Source: Octopus sinensis
Taxonomy: Eukaryota
Reading direction: 5' to 3'
Length of the DNA: 64,000 nt
NCBI RefSeq assembly: GCF_006345805.1
Contig: NC_043024.1
Coordinates: 10,974,001 to 11,038,000, forward strand
Part shown: positions 1-12,296 of the stretch, in pieces
Position numbering within the stretch: the first letter of the stretch is position 1
Layout of the letters: each line of letters begins with the position of its first letter
Notes under the pieces: generated by a model
What the model saw: the letters and a program-made list of their open reading frames with translations, nothing else
What the model was told of the DNA's origin: nothing
Databases searched by the model: none
Position numbers and translations under genes: made by a program

Positions 1-407
1 ACAAGCTGGCAGAGTTGTTAGGACACTGGGCAAAATGTTTAGCAGCGTTTTTATGTTCTGAGTTCAAATCTTGCTGAGTACCTGTTAAGCATTGGGGTTG
101 ATGTAATTGACTTAGCCCCTGCCCTGAAATTTGCTGGCCTTGTGCAAAAGTTTGAAACCATTGTTTACATTATTATTATTATTGTATCATCATTGTCATT
201 GAATATATATTTTCCAAGCTGGCACGGGTTGGACAGTTTGCTTGGAACTGGTAAACTGACCATGGTCCAGTCATCTGTTCTGGCTTGATTTCTATGGCTG
301 GATGTCCTTCCTAACGCTAAAGTGACCCCCTTAATTACATAACCATGCCCGCAGAAGCAAAACAAAAAAAAAACCCAAATAAAACATGTAAATAAGATAA
401 AACTTAC

Positions 408-511
408 CGGAAAAAAGCGACAGCATCAACAGACATGGAATGGCCGTAACCAATGGCAACACAGCAGACTGACCGGTCTTTAGTCAGAAGCCATAAACGT
501 ATGGTTTTGTC
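408..511 (-). CDS. TBL3: TBL3/UTP13 (SSU processome WD40 protein) coding exon 12; gene continues beyond the left edge
   Basis: cag|GAC...CG|gtaag; DKTIRLWLLTKDRSVCCVAIGYGHSMSVDAVAFFR resembles the recalled human TBL3 segment DQSVRIWRMNKAGQVMCVAQGSGHTHSVGTVCCSR; phase 0 in, phase 2 out. Confidence 0.88.
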
Positions 512-1006
512 CTGCAGAACAAAAGAGAAATGTGGAAGAGACATCAGTGTATAAATCTTTAATTATAAATCGCAACATTTGTTTCTGCACCATACACCAG
601 TTTCAGTCTATCAAATCTGCTTACAGTTGGCCCAGGGTTAAAGTAGAAGATCCTTGCCCTGGGTGCTGCACAGAGGGATTGAACCCAAGAGCCCATGATC
701 AATAAGCAAACCTTCTTAACAACACCACCATGCCTGTGCCTACATGTCTATACAGCATTCAAATAAACTGACTAAGTCTACCTTAAAGAACATTAATGAG
801 GGGCAAGAAAGGAAGGTAATACTCATTGATTAAGAACCAAGAGTGATCTCCCTTATGCTGTAAAATTATACGAGTGCCAACAATTACAGGTGATGGTCGT
901 CTCCTTCCTCTTCATAATCTCATAATCTGCAGCACTGCTATGATCAGCTTCATCCTTTAACGTCCATTCCCCTAGCTGGCATGGGTTGGACGGTTAATTA
1001 ATATAT

Positions 1007-1237
1007 ATTTCTTTACTACCCACAAGGGGCTAAACATAGAGGGGACAAACAAGGACAGACAAAGGGATTAAGTCAATTATATCGACCCCAGTGCGTAACT
1101 GATACTTTATTTATCGACCCCGAAAGGATGAAAGGCAAAGTCGACCTCGGCGGAATTTGAACCCAGAACACTTAACGGCAGACGAAATACGGCTACGCAT
1201 TTCGCCCGGCGTGCTAACGTTTCTGCCAGCTCACCGC
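1007..1237 (-). mobile_element. tRNA-derived SINE family 2 (Nin/Deu-like central domain), monomer
   Basis: B-box GGTTCAAATTCC; central GAGGTCGACTTTGCCTTTCATCCTTTCGGGGTCGATAAA; 13-bp TSD TTAATTAATATAT at 994-1006 and 1238-1250. Confidence 0.8.
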
Positions 1238-1711
1238 TTAATTAATATATTCTGCCAGCTCGCCGGTTAATTAATATATTCCACCACACGGTCCTTGCAG
1301 TGGGTTGCATGGTTCGATGACCTTGAGAGCAGAGTACAGGCTACTGCTGGGGCTTTTCAGGGTGGATAGGTCAAAGGATAGAGGCCAAACTAATATGGAC
1401 TACCTCTTCCCAGAGGTGAAAATGGGTTCGTGAAGGGCCAACAGTTTTATCTAGAACCCCCCCCCCCCAGCAAAATTACATAAGAATCGATGATAATTCA
1501 AATCAACAAGATCCGGGAGAGGAAGGCCCTTACTCAGGGAAAGCAGATGATTAACCCACAAGAGAGGTGGTAGAGAAAGCTGAGACAAAGCTGAAAAAGT
1601 AGGATTCCAACAGGAGACAAACTGGAAGGAAGAAGTATGGTAAAAAAAAGTTGGTGGTGGCCTACACTCCAAAGGAAGCAGAGGGTTTAAGAAATGAGGT
1701 TAATGTGTTAC

Positions 1712-1915
1712 CTTGGAACAACTGGCCAGCAGTTGAGGTTTTGTTGGACATACGTCAAGACCAATGACAATCTCTGTGTGACCCCGCAAAACCTGACAAG
1801 TCCAGTCACTGATTTTATAAACAGCAATGTTCTCCGAGTTACTGGCAACAGCCATAAATTCCTCCTTGAAACCAAAGAATCTCACCTCAAGGACATCATC
1901 AAAGAAACCACAAAA
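1712..1915 (-). CDS. TBL3: TBL3 coding exon 11
   Basis: FCGFFDDVLEVRFFGFKEEFMAVASNSENIAVYKISDWTCQVLRGHTEIVIGLDVCPTKPQLLASCSK; AG/GT bounded, 204 nt, phase 0-0; typical TBL3 motifs VLDVRF, VASNS, LxGHT. Confidence 0.92.
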
Positions 1916-2847
1916 CTGCAAAGACAAAATCAAAAAAGGAATAAACATTTAAAAAAACACACAAAATAAATGATTTCAAAGTAGTAGTAGTAGTAGCAGC
2001 AGCAGTAGTAGTGGTGGTCGTTGTCCTTTCTACTAATAGGCACAAGGACTTTTTGATGAAGGAACTGACCCCAGTACTTATATTTTGTTAAGCTAGTGCT
2101 AAGTATTGGGTGTCAAGCAGAAAAGTAGGAGACAAACAAAGACACACACACACACACACATAAGTAATATATATATATATATATATACATATATATATCT
2201 GTAAATGTAATATGTGACAATTACTCGGTAGCCAAGATAAAACTCGGAGTTTGATCATGGCTACCAAATAATTGTCACATATTACATTTACAGATAAATT
2301 CCTCTATTTACATAATATCGAGGTCTCTTTCATTCTTTTGTTATCTTACCGTTTCCATCAATACATATACTGGCGCACACACACACACACACACAATGGG
2401 CTTCTTTCAGTTTCCATGTACCAAATCCACTCACAAGGCTTTAGTAGACCCAAAAGCTAAAATGTGTGCATGGGTTCGCATTTGTCCTCTCACTGCTTGA
2501 CAACTGGTGTTGGTTTGTTTATGTCCCTAAGAGATAGCCATTTGGCAAAAAGAGACCAAAACACTATTTTTTTTTTTGCATTTAGTTTCAGCTCACGAGC
2601 TGTGGCCATGCTGGGTCACCGCTATTTATAAGTACTAGACATTAAAAAGAAAAGGGAAAAAAGTAATGGAGTTGATTTTTTTTTAGACTAAAAACCGTTC
2701 AAGGTGGTGCCCCAGCTTGGCCACAACCCAATGAGTGAAACAGGTAAAAGATGAAAGGAAACGTTTGGTAATTTTCAGTCCTGTCATCCTCCACCTCAAC
2801 ACCTTTCATAATGCAAATGGCAGAGGTGCAAATTCCTTAATATTTAC

Positions 2848-3089
2848 CTGTTTTCTACAGCTCAAGTCTTTAGGGTTGTAGAGGGAAATGATACAATCAT
2901 TGTCCACCACCACAATGCTTTCACCATCACCGCCACCAGCATCTTCATCATCATCAGCCTCATCCTTTTCCTCATCATGGTCAAGACTCATCCCGGTGGA
3001 AGTTGCCTGCATGATGCCGGACTTGTGTTGGCTCTCAGTCTGCTTAACGATGGTCGTACCTTTGTCAGCATCCCACACATTCAATACAC
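2848..3089 (-). CDS. TBL3: TBL3 coding exon 10 (with acidic insertion)
   Basis: (G)VLNVWDADKGTTIVKQ...IVVVDNDCIISLYNPKDLSCRKQ; 242 nt, phase 1-0, AG/GT bounded. Confidence 0.88.
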
Positions 3090-3111
3090 CTGCAGAAAGA
3101 AGATTAACAAA

Positions 3112-3365
3112 TCTCTATATATAAAGCTGAAGTTGTCTGTGTATGGCAGGTTTGGTAGCCTTCAACTAACACTATCTCCTCCGAGACCCTGCAGCGCAAG
3201 TTGACCAAAATTGAGAGTATGATAGAAGAAGGCTTGCTCTTCCTTCCGTAGAAGAAAAAATTCAAATCAGACCATGTTAAGACCAAAAATTATTTATATC
3301 AAAAAGGTGCTTTTTTTCTATGTATTTCAACCAGAAAAATGTTCACTTCAAGAGAATAACAAGTG
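3112..3365 (+). mobile_element. Non-autonomous Helitron 5' fragment
   Basis: A|TCTCTATATATAAAGCTGAAGTTG start; same family as the complete copy at 39889-40280. Confidence 0.7.
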
Positions 3366-3823
3366 ACAACCCTGCTGTACTCTTTTGCCACAACTTTCTT
3401 TCACTCTTTCTTCCTACTTCTGCCACAAAGCAGAGGAACCATGGTGTAACCCACTATGGTGTGGTAAACTTTCAGACCCTAGTCTAGATTGCGTATCCTC
3501 TGTACCCCAGGATGGTTCAGCTCTCCACCCATTAAAAGCCACCATTTACGGAATGAGGATAACAACGTAGCTTTCACACCCGTGCAACCGCCAGTCTATC
3601 ACATGTGGTGGGTGGATCTTCAAGTTGCCAAACGCATTCTTAGTAGCTTAGAGTAAGCTCGAATTAGAGATAATTCTTTGTGGCTAACGGTGTGAGGAGG
3701 AAGAGGAAAAGAAGAAGCGGACCCCCAGTACCTTTAGAAAATAGGTCGGGGGGGGGAGGAGAACATAGTGTTGTGGAGAAAAAGTGAGGAAAAAAAAGCA
3801 GAAGAAGCAAACATATCCGTTAC

Positions 3824-3902
3824 CTTTGGACCCTGCAGTTATAAAACAAGGACCCTTTTTTTTCTTGAAATGCCTGGCAACCAAAACCAAGGATTCTATG
3901 GG
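3824..3902 (-). CDS. TBL3: TBL3 coding exon 9
   Basis: PIESLVLVARHFKKKKGPCFITAGSKG; resembles SVEAAVLL...YFLTAGDQG; 79 nt, phase 0-1. Confidence 0.85.
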
Positions 3903-3984
3903 CTACAAAAGAAAAAGGAAAGTAAGATGTACGAATGAATACAGGAGAGACAAATGTGATTGTGTGGTGTTTATGCCTTTCTGA

Positions 3985-4810
3985 AGTAGGGCGTTAGGAA
4001 GGGCATCCAGCTGTAGAAACTCTGCAAGATCAAGATTGAGGCCTGGTGCAGCCATCTGGTTCGAGCGTGATCGTTGCCAGCTTCGCCTTACTGGCACTTG
4101 TGCCCCGTGCTAGTAGGATGCTAAGAGCACCATCCGAGTGTGATCGTTGCCAGAGCGGCTAACTGGCTTCTGTGCCGGTGGCATGTAGGAGGCACCATTC
4201 GAGCGGAATCGTTACCGGCGTCGCCTTACTGGCACCTGTGCCGTTGGCATGTGTAAAAGAAAATTCGAGCAAGGTCATTGCCAGTGCCGCCTGACTGGCC
4301 CCTGTGCCAGTGGCACATAAAAGCACCCACTACACTCTCGGAGTGGTTGGCGTTAGGAAGGGCATCCAGCTGTAGAAACTCTGCCAGATCAAGACTGGAG
4401 CCTGGAGCAGCCATCTGGTTTGCCAGACCTCAGTCAAATCGTCCAATCCATGCCAGCATGGGAAATGGACGTTAAACGATGATGATGAAATTAGCGGAAT
4501 GAGTAATAAAAACCAAATTGAACCTTTCTGCGTTAGGCAACATGATAGATATAGCAGCCAAATTTCCCTAGCACCATTCCGATCGTGGCCGTTTGCCAGC
4601 CTCCTCTGGTCCCTGTGCCGGTGACACGTAAAAAACACCCACTACACTCATGGAGTGGTTGGCGTTAGGAAGGGCATCCAGCCATAGAAACACTGCCAGA
4701 TCAGACTGGAGCCTGATGCAGCCACATGGCTCCCCAGACCCCAGTTGAACCGTCCAACCCATACTAGCATGGAAAGCGGACGCTAAACGATGATCATGAT
4801 GATGATGATC
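3985..4810. mobile_element. Cluster of RTE-type LINE 3' end fragments with (GAT)n tails
   Basis: GGCGTTAGGAAGGGCATCCAGCTGTAGAAAC...GGACGTTAAACGATGATG; the same sequence is contiguous with the RTE ORF end at 62203-62730; about 18 further copies across the window. Confidence 0.75.
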
Positions 4811-5033
4811 TTAGATGAATTAAGTACATAAGTATTAGAGGCACACAAGTAATGAAGTCTCTCAAGTGCTCAGAAGGTCCTTAGTAGTCGAGATCTTCTG
4901 TAACCCAGGGTTTGGGTGTTGTGAATCCCTAATAGTCTGAGCAAGGATTGGGTGAGAAAAGTTGAGGGAACTCATCTCGTGTTTCTGCTTTTGGGTGTAT
5001 TGCAAGAGATAAGGAACTTTCTAGAAAGAATAC

Positions 5034-5109
5034 CTCATAGACTGGAATGGTCTTCTGGACGGTCAAGGTTTCCATGTCCCACATTGTGACTATGTTGTCG
5101 CGTCCAGAA
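5034..5109 (-). CDS. TBL3: TBL3 coding exon 8
   Basis: (S)SGRDNIVTMWDMETLTVQKTIPVYE; resembles SSGRDKICIIWD...TVPVFE; 76 nt, phase 2-0. Confidence 0.9.
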
Positions 5110-5187
5110 CTGGAATAGAAACAGGGAGAAACAAATGAAATTGCAAAATAGACAAATGGCTCAATGGATAGAGGAACATTCAGATGA

Positions 5188-5365
5188 TACCACTACTACC
5201 ACCACCACCACTACTACCACTACTACCACCATCCCTACTACCACTACCACCACTACTACTATCACTACCACCACTACCACCATCACTACCACCACCATTA
5301 CTACTACCACTACCACCACCACCACCACTACTACTACTACTATCACTAAACCACTACCACTACTT
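5188..5365. repeat. (ACC/ACT)n trinucleotide microsatellite
   Basis: Directly visible; source of the poly-T, poly-V and poly-P ORFs. Confidence 0.95.
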
Positions 5366-6249
5366 ATTTGATCTTCACTTAAGCTTTATTATTATTATTA
5401 GTTTCTTTGCCAGAGTTCTTTTGCCGTGCATTCTGTGACCCCTTCAATGACTTTCTGTTTTTCACGTCTCCATCTTTATTGGCAAAATGACATTTAGATG
5501 GACAAAGGGACAATCAGGTAGACAAGGAAAAAAGTTAGAAAATATAGGAATGAAAAAAAAAAAAAAAACAGAGAGGAAGAGAGATACACAGAAAGACAAG
5601 GGAGTCAGGTAAACAAGTTGATGAACAGTGAACATGGGAGATAAACGTTCAATGATGATGATGATTAGACAGTTAGACAGATAGAAAGAAAGTTAAATAT
5701 GGGGGGAGGTATGGCTGTGCGGTTAGAAACATGCTTCAAACTATATGATTCCAGGTTCAGTCCCACTGTGTGGTATCTTGGGCAAGTCCTCTGCACATAT
5801 ATATGTATGTACATAATATATATATGTGTGTGTCTATGCCAGCATCAAAGGTGGATGTTGAACGATGATGATGGTGATATTTATGGTACTATGTCTTAGA
5901 AATTACTATTTTTAAATCTCACAATGAGAGATATTCAGCAACAGTACTTTGGAGTAAAGAGTGTTTGCCAACATAACATGGCAGTCCTGGTTTAGGACGA
6001 ATGTTGCTGTAATTTAGCCCCAGGAGACATTGTCTCCAGCTAGCTATACGACATGATTTTATGTCCTTATATTTTCGAGTAGGGGTGCTAGATTCCCTTG
6101 TTTGAAAATATAAGAACACAATATAAGGATGCAACGAAAATTTTAGTAAAAATACATGTTAATAAGTGGAAATCAGACCAGAGAGTGTGTTAAATTAATA
6201 AGGCACTAAAAGAGAATGACTCTCTCCAGATACAATAAAACACTTACAA

Positions 6250-6644
6250 TCTTTATATATAAAAGTGAAGTTGTGTGTCTGTCTCCTATGCTTTAGATTC
6301 CTAACTACTCCCACATTTTGTGGTGCAGTGTAACCAAAAGCGGGTATCTTATAGTCGTGATTCATATCGAGCCCTTCTGGGTATTAGCGCGCGTCTACGA
6401 TGAGTCTACGATTTAAAAAATAATTTACCATCATTTTTTCCCATTTTAATGTATTTTTTCGCTAAGGGAAGTAACTCTCTAAAAATGTCTACGATGAGTC
6501 AAAGATTTAAAAAAAAATTTACCATAATTTTTTTTTCCATTTTTGATGCGTTTTTTTTTGGCTATTTTTTGGCTATAACTCTCTAAAAATGCTTATATAG
6601 TTATTTCCCTTACAAACCCGAGCAACGCCGGGCGATACTGCTAG
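6250..6644 (+). mobile_element. Non-autonomous Helitron
   Basis: Inserted between A and T; 5' TC; 3' hairpin CCCG-AGCAACGC-CGGG followed by CTAG; no TSD. Confidence 0.8.
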
Positions 6645-7021
6645 TATATATATGAAACCGAAACCAAACTTTTGTCTTGTAACTCTCATGGTTCACACCA
6701 CTGTAATCTTCAAGCAAGGAAAAAGACAAACAACTCTTAGAATTCATATATTTGATTATTTTTATCCTTACTTGCTTTGAAAATCTCACGATTTCTAGTT
6801 GTTGGTAATCATGTATAGCATAGTTTCATTCTTTTTGGAAATCCTCAGCATGATATAGCCTCTAACTTATTAATTAGACATATTACGAACTGAGACATTT
6901 CATTAAAGATGTTTTGTTTTATTAATTTGCTTTGAAGAACATTGATGGTTTAGGAATCAAGTGTTTGTGTGCAAAAGAATAACCGTTTCCAAGGGGAAGC
7001 GAATGGTTTGTAGTCTCTTAC

Positions 7022-7192
7022 CTGAGCATCGTCTTGGAGTCTTCGGTCAGAATCATATCAGTAACTGCGGCCGAGTGATGGCTACACGTCTTGATGACCG
7101 ACTTCTTTCGTAAGTTGTACAAGCAGATCTCTCCGTTGTCCGAGCCGGATAAAAGATTCACTTCTTCCCCGCAAGGCACAAACAAAAGGGAC
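7022..7192 (-). CDS. TBL3: TBL3 coding exon 7
   Basis: SLLFVPCGEEVNLLSGSDNGEICLYNLRKKSVIKTCSHHSAAVTDMILTEDSKTML; WD repeat; 171 nt, phase 2-2, AG/GT bounded. Confidence 0.88.
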
Positions 7193-7464
7193 CTTATAAA
7201 ATAAAGGAATACAAATAAACAACAGTGACTTGACTCTGCTGTTCTTTTTTCATTTAATTGTTTTTCTTTTTAGATAAATCATCATCATCATCGTTTAACG
7301 TCTGCTTTCCATGCTGGCATGGGTTGGACGATTTGACCAATGGACCAAAGCACACACACACATATACACACACAAATATATATATATATATACACACACA
7401 CAGAGTCTTACACTATTTACTGCATGATAAAGAACCAATGGACTAAAAACACACACACACACAT

Positions 7465-7865
7465 AGGTGCAGGATTGGCTGTGTGGTAAGTAGCTTGCTT
7501 ACCAACCACATGGTTCCGGGTTCAGTCCCCTGCGTGGCACCTTGGGCAAGTGTCTTCTGCTATAGCCCCAGGCTGACCAAAGCCTTGTGAGTGGATTTGG
7601 TAGACAGAAACTGAAAGAAGCCCATCGCATATATGTATATATATATATGTATGTGTGTGTGTGTGTTTGTGTGTCTGTGTTTGTCCCCCTAGCATTGCTT
7701 GACAACCAATGCTGGTGTGTTTACGTCCTCGTAACTTAGTGGTTTGGCAAAAGAGACTGATAGAATAAGTACTGGGCTTACAAAGAATAAGTCCTGGGGT
7801 CGAGTTGCTCGATTAAAGACGGTGCTCCAGTCAAATGACTGAAACAAGTAAAGAAGTAAAAAGAG
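7465..7865 (+). mobile_element. tRNA-derived SINE family 1 with internal (TA/TG)n
   Basis: A-box TGGCTGTGTGG, B-box GGTTCAGTCCC, CORE-like CCTTGGGCAAGTG, tail GAAACAAGTAAAAGAG; at least 13 other copies in the window. Confidence 0.85.
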
Positions 7866-7928
7866 AGATACACATTGCTGTAAGGTTGAGGATGCGACTG
7901 GTCAAAGTCCGCTATGAATACTGCTTAC

Positions 7929-8077
7929 CGTATGATACCGGTGTTTCTCTTGAAGTTGTGGGTGCAATATCGATGGTCAACATCCCACACTTTGACCACA
8001 GAGTCAATCCCTCCGGTGGCAAGCAGGTTCCCTCCCTCGTTAAACTTCATACTCTGGACGTGGTTCAAATGCTGCGA
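7929..8077 (-). CDS. TBL3: TBL3 coding exon 6
   Basis: SQHLNHVQSMKFNEGGNLLATGGIDSVVKVWDVDHRYCTHNFKRNTGII; resembles LLATGGCDGAVRVWDIVRHYGTHHF; 149 nt, phase 0-2. Confidence 0.92.
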
Positions 8078-8092
8078 CTGGAGAAAAAAGAA

Positions 8093-8217
8093 CAATAACA
8101 ACAACAACAACAATAATAATGATAATAATAATAATAATAATAATAATGATGATGATGATGATAATAAAATAATATAATAATAATAATATAATAATAATGT
8201 GATGATAATAATAATAC

Positions 8218-8251
<34 letters not shown>

Positions 8252-8623
8252 GATAAAATAATGATGATGTGATAATAATATGATGATAAAATAATAATAA
8301 TAATGAATAATAATGATGATGCTAATAATAATAATAATGATAATACTAATGATGATAATAATAATATACTTAATAATGATAATATGATGATGATAATAAT
8401 AATAATAATGATGATAATAATAATGATGATGATATAATGATAATGATGATGATGATGATGATGATAATATAAAATAATGATAATAATAATGATGATGATA
8501 ATAATATATAATAATACTAATAATAATGATAATAATACTAATAATAATGATGATGATAATAATAATAATATATAATAATGATAATATAATAATCTATAAT
8601 AATGATGATGATAATAATAAAAT

Positions 8624-8655
<32 letters not shown>

Positions 8656-8833
8656 GATAATAATAATGATGATGATGATAATAATAATGATGATAATAAT
8701 AATAATAATAATGATAATAATAATGATGATGATAATAATAATAATAATGATAATAATAATGATGATAATAATAATACTAATAATAATGATAATAATGATG
8801 ATGATAATAATAATAATAATGATGATAATAATA

Positions 8834-8877
<44 letters not shown>

Positions 8878-8912
8878 AATAATAATAATAATGATAATAA
8901 TAATGATGATGA

Positions 8913-8943
<31 letters not shown>

Positions 8944-8955
8944 GATAATAAATAA
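8093..8955. repeat. Compound (AAT)n/(GAT)n microsatellite, about 860 bp
   Basis: Directly visible; begins 16 bp from the TBL3 exon 6 acceptor. Confidence 0.97.
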
Positions 8956-8956
8956 T

Positions 8957-9520
8957 GCCCTGATGCAGTACCAGGCAGTGGCTCTCATGGCTTCTGATCT
9001 GAACTGATTGGAAGGTTATCATGTACATTGTTTTGTCTTGGTATAAAAGTGGGCTACAGCAAATATTCTGCTCAATACCACAGATTTGTTGTCAGTGTTT
9101 GACCATAAAACAGTTGAGCATGTCCCCTTAGTGATGACGATGTGCATCTCTGATCACGAGCAGAAGTAGTGGGGGAGCATCATAGCCATGTGTTGAGAGG
9201 GATTCTTGTGGTTTGAATAATTCACCTCTGGAAACATGGGTGGTTCTTTCAACATCCTTAAACAACCCTTATTCAGGGACCTTTTGAGCGGGATGGGCTA
9301 CTCAACCTGAAGAAAATTCTAACTGGGCCCCACCTGCAAGGTCATGTGCTGTTTATCTTGATATGAGATCACCATGTCGCGCACATATGGTTGTGATGCA
9401 TGTGCCTGGTGTACCCTTATCAGACGGGTAGTCATGATGGGTATATTGGGTTTCATATATTTGTACCCCAGTGTCACTTTCATGGCATGAACTGCTCTCT
9501 CACTCAATAATAATAATAAT
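8957..9520 (+). mobile_element. Unclassified ~550-bp retroposon with (AAT)n tail, embedded in AAT repeats
   Basis: Starts GCCCTGATGCAGTACC and ends CTCTCTCACTC(AAT)n; further copies at 10058-10200 and 10223-10760; 3' fragment at 46845-46975 (minus). Confidence 0.6.
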
Positions 9521-11471
9521 AATGATAATAATAACATACTACTACTACTACTACTACTAATAATAATAATAATAATAATGATTTCAAATTTTGGAACAAG
9601 GCCAATATTTTGGCGGAGGGAGCAAGTTGTTTATATCGACCCCAGCACTCAACTGATACTTATTTTATTGACCATGAAAGGCTGAAAGGCAAAACCAAAC
9701 TTGGTGGGATTTGAACTCAGAACATAAAGACAGAAGAAATGCAGCTAAGTATATTTGCCCAGCACGGTAAGGATTCTATCATCATCATCATCATAATAAG
9801 AGGGATAATAATAATAATAATGATGGTTTCAAATTTTGGCACAAGGCCAGCAAGTCTGGTGGGGTATTGTCAATCACATTGACCCCAGTATTCAACTGGT
9901 ACTTGTTTTATCAATTCTGAAAGGATGAAAGGTAAAGTCCACCTCGGCAGAATGTGAACTCAGACCACGGACGAAGTGCAGCTAAGCATTTTGTCCAGCA
10001 TGCTAACAATTCTGCCAGCTCAATGCCTTAATAATAATAATAATAATAATAACGAATGCCCTGATGCAGTACCAGGCAGTGGCTCTCGTGGCTTCTGATC
10101 TTAACTGACTGGAAGTGTTATCATGTACATTGTTTTGTCTTGTATAAAAGATGGGCTACAGCAAATATTCTGCTCAATACCACAGATTGTTTGTCAGTTG
10201 CTTTATAATAATAATATAATGATGCCCTGAGCAGTACCAGGAGTGGCTCTCATGGCTTCGATCTTAACTGATTGGAAGTGTTATCATGTAATTGTTTGTC
10301 TTGGTATAAAAATGGCTACAGCAAATATTCTGCTCAATACCACAGATTTGCTTGTCAGTGTTTGACCTTAACAGTTGACCTGGTCCCCTAGTGGCTGACG
10401 ATATGTGCATCTCTGATCATGAGCAGAAGTAGTGGGGGAGCATCATAGCCATGTGTTGAGGGGGATTCTTTGGGGTTTGAATAATTCACCTCTGGAAACA
10501 GGGGTGTTTTGTTCAACATCCTTAATCCTTATTCAGGGACCTTTTGAGTGGATTGGGCTACCCAACCTGAAGAAAATTCTAACTGGGCCTCACCTGCAAG
10601 GTCATGTGCTGTTTATCTTGATATGAGATCACCACATCGTGCACATATGGTTGTGATGCATGTGCCTAGTGTACCCTTATCAGATGGGTAGTCATGATGG
10701 GTATACTGGGTTTCATACATTTTACCCCAATGTCTCTCTCACTCAATAATAATAATAATAATAACAACCCTTTCTACTATAGGCACAAGGGCTGAAATTT
10801 GGTAGGGAGGAGACTAGTTGATTACATAGACCCCACTGTCTCACTGGTACTTAATTTATTGACTCTGAAAGGATGAAAGGCAAAGTTGACCATGGTGGAA
10901 TTTGTAATCAGAGCATAGTGGCAGACAAAATACAGGTAAGCATTTTACCTGGTGAGCTAACAATTCTGCCAGTTCAAAACTCTGTGGGTTTTGATTTAAA
11001 CAAAACCCAGGAGTTACACAGTTCTAGGAATTGTATACATATAAGTTAGAGTACAATAATATAACAGACGTGCCAGGGGAGCCTGGAAGCAGCCATGATC
11101 GGTTTGTGTGCCTTTTACGTGCCACCGGCCTTGACTGGCTTCCGTGCCAGTGGCACGTAAAAAGCACCAACTGATTGTGGATGTTGCCAGCCTCTCCTGG
11201 CACATAAAAAGCACCCACTACACTCTCAGAGTGGTTGGCATTAGGAAGGGCATCCAGCTGTAGAAACTCTGCCAGATCAGACTGGAGCCTCGGTCGAACC
11301 GTCCAACCCATGCTAGCATGGAAAGCTGACGTTAAAGGATGATGATGATAAAGAAAATAACAGCAAAAACACTTCAGTAATTATTAATCTATCATGAAAA
11401 CCAGACAACAGACATTGGCCTGTAATGTTTTAGAGGTACCTGTGTCTTATTAAGGTTTAATCTGTACTTAC

Positions 11472-11552
11472 CCTCCAGGAGTAATTATGAGTCTCTTCAG
11501 ATGACAGATCAATCAATGAGATCTGCAGAAGCGTATCAGCCACAGCCAGTTT
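11472..11552 (-). CDS. TBL3: TBL3 coding exon 5
   Basis: KLAVADTLLQISLIDLSSEETHNYSWR; tag acceptor and gtaagt donor; 81 nt, phase 0-0; weak similarity at the expected position. Confidence 0.75.
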
Positions 11553-11617
11553 CTAAGGAATAAAAATAAAGTTTAGCCTTTTTCACATTCAGATTACTCT
11601 GTCAAACATAATGCTTA

Positions 11618-12262
11618 CCGTAAATCCTCGAGTATAATACGCAGGGGATTTTTAGGGGGCTGTACCTCTGAAAAACCTAAACCTTGTGTATAATACGCAC
11701 CCCTTCTCTAACTTGAATCGTGTGTAATTAAGCCAGCAGCACCTAGTCGAACAAACACTTCCACGCATGCGTAATACAATAATGGTGATGTTCTTAACTG
11801 TTATATGGGAATGTAAATATGTTTCCAAATTGTTTTTGTTACATGTTATTCTGTGTTCTGAATACTTTTATTTTAATAAATGTTGCTTATTATTGCAAGT
11901 TATGGATAATTCTTTTATGACTTCATTGCTTTCAGGCTTAGCTTAAGGTATTTTTGCACCCGACATCACAAAATGCGTCGGAATAAACATTGCCGGACAG
12001 CAAATAGAGACTCGGACATTGCTTAGAAAATATTTTTCATTTTTAACCTCGCATATATCATACGCACTTACTCTTACTCGTTTCAGTCATTTGACTGCGG
12101 CCATGCTGGAGCACCGCCTTTAGTCGGGCAAATCGACCCCGGGACTTATTCTTTGAAAGCCCAGTACTTATTCTATCGGTCTCTTTTGCCGAACCGCTAA
12201 GTGATGGGGACGTAAACACACCAGCATCAGTTGTCAAGCAATGCTAGGGGGACAAACACAGC

Positions 12263-12296
<34 letters not shown>

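Noticed and set aside
8065-9007. Long poly-I, poly-N and poly-D ORFs (up to 307 aa), and similar ORFs at 5135-5438, 31850-32294, 33742-34496 and 53614-54425
   Set aside because: They are translations of microsatellites with no splice or homology support.
8957-9030. HDV-like ribozyme at the 5' end of the AAT-tailed retroposon
   Set aside because: A CTCTCGT L3-like word is present in one copy, but I could not build consistent P1, P2 and P3 helices.
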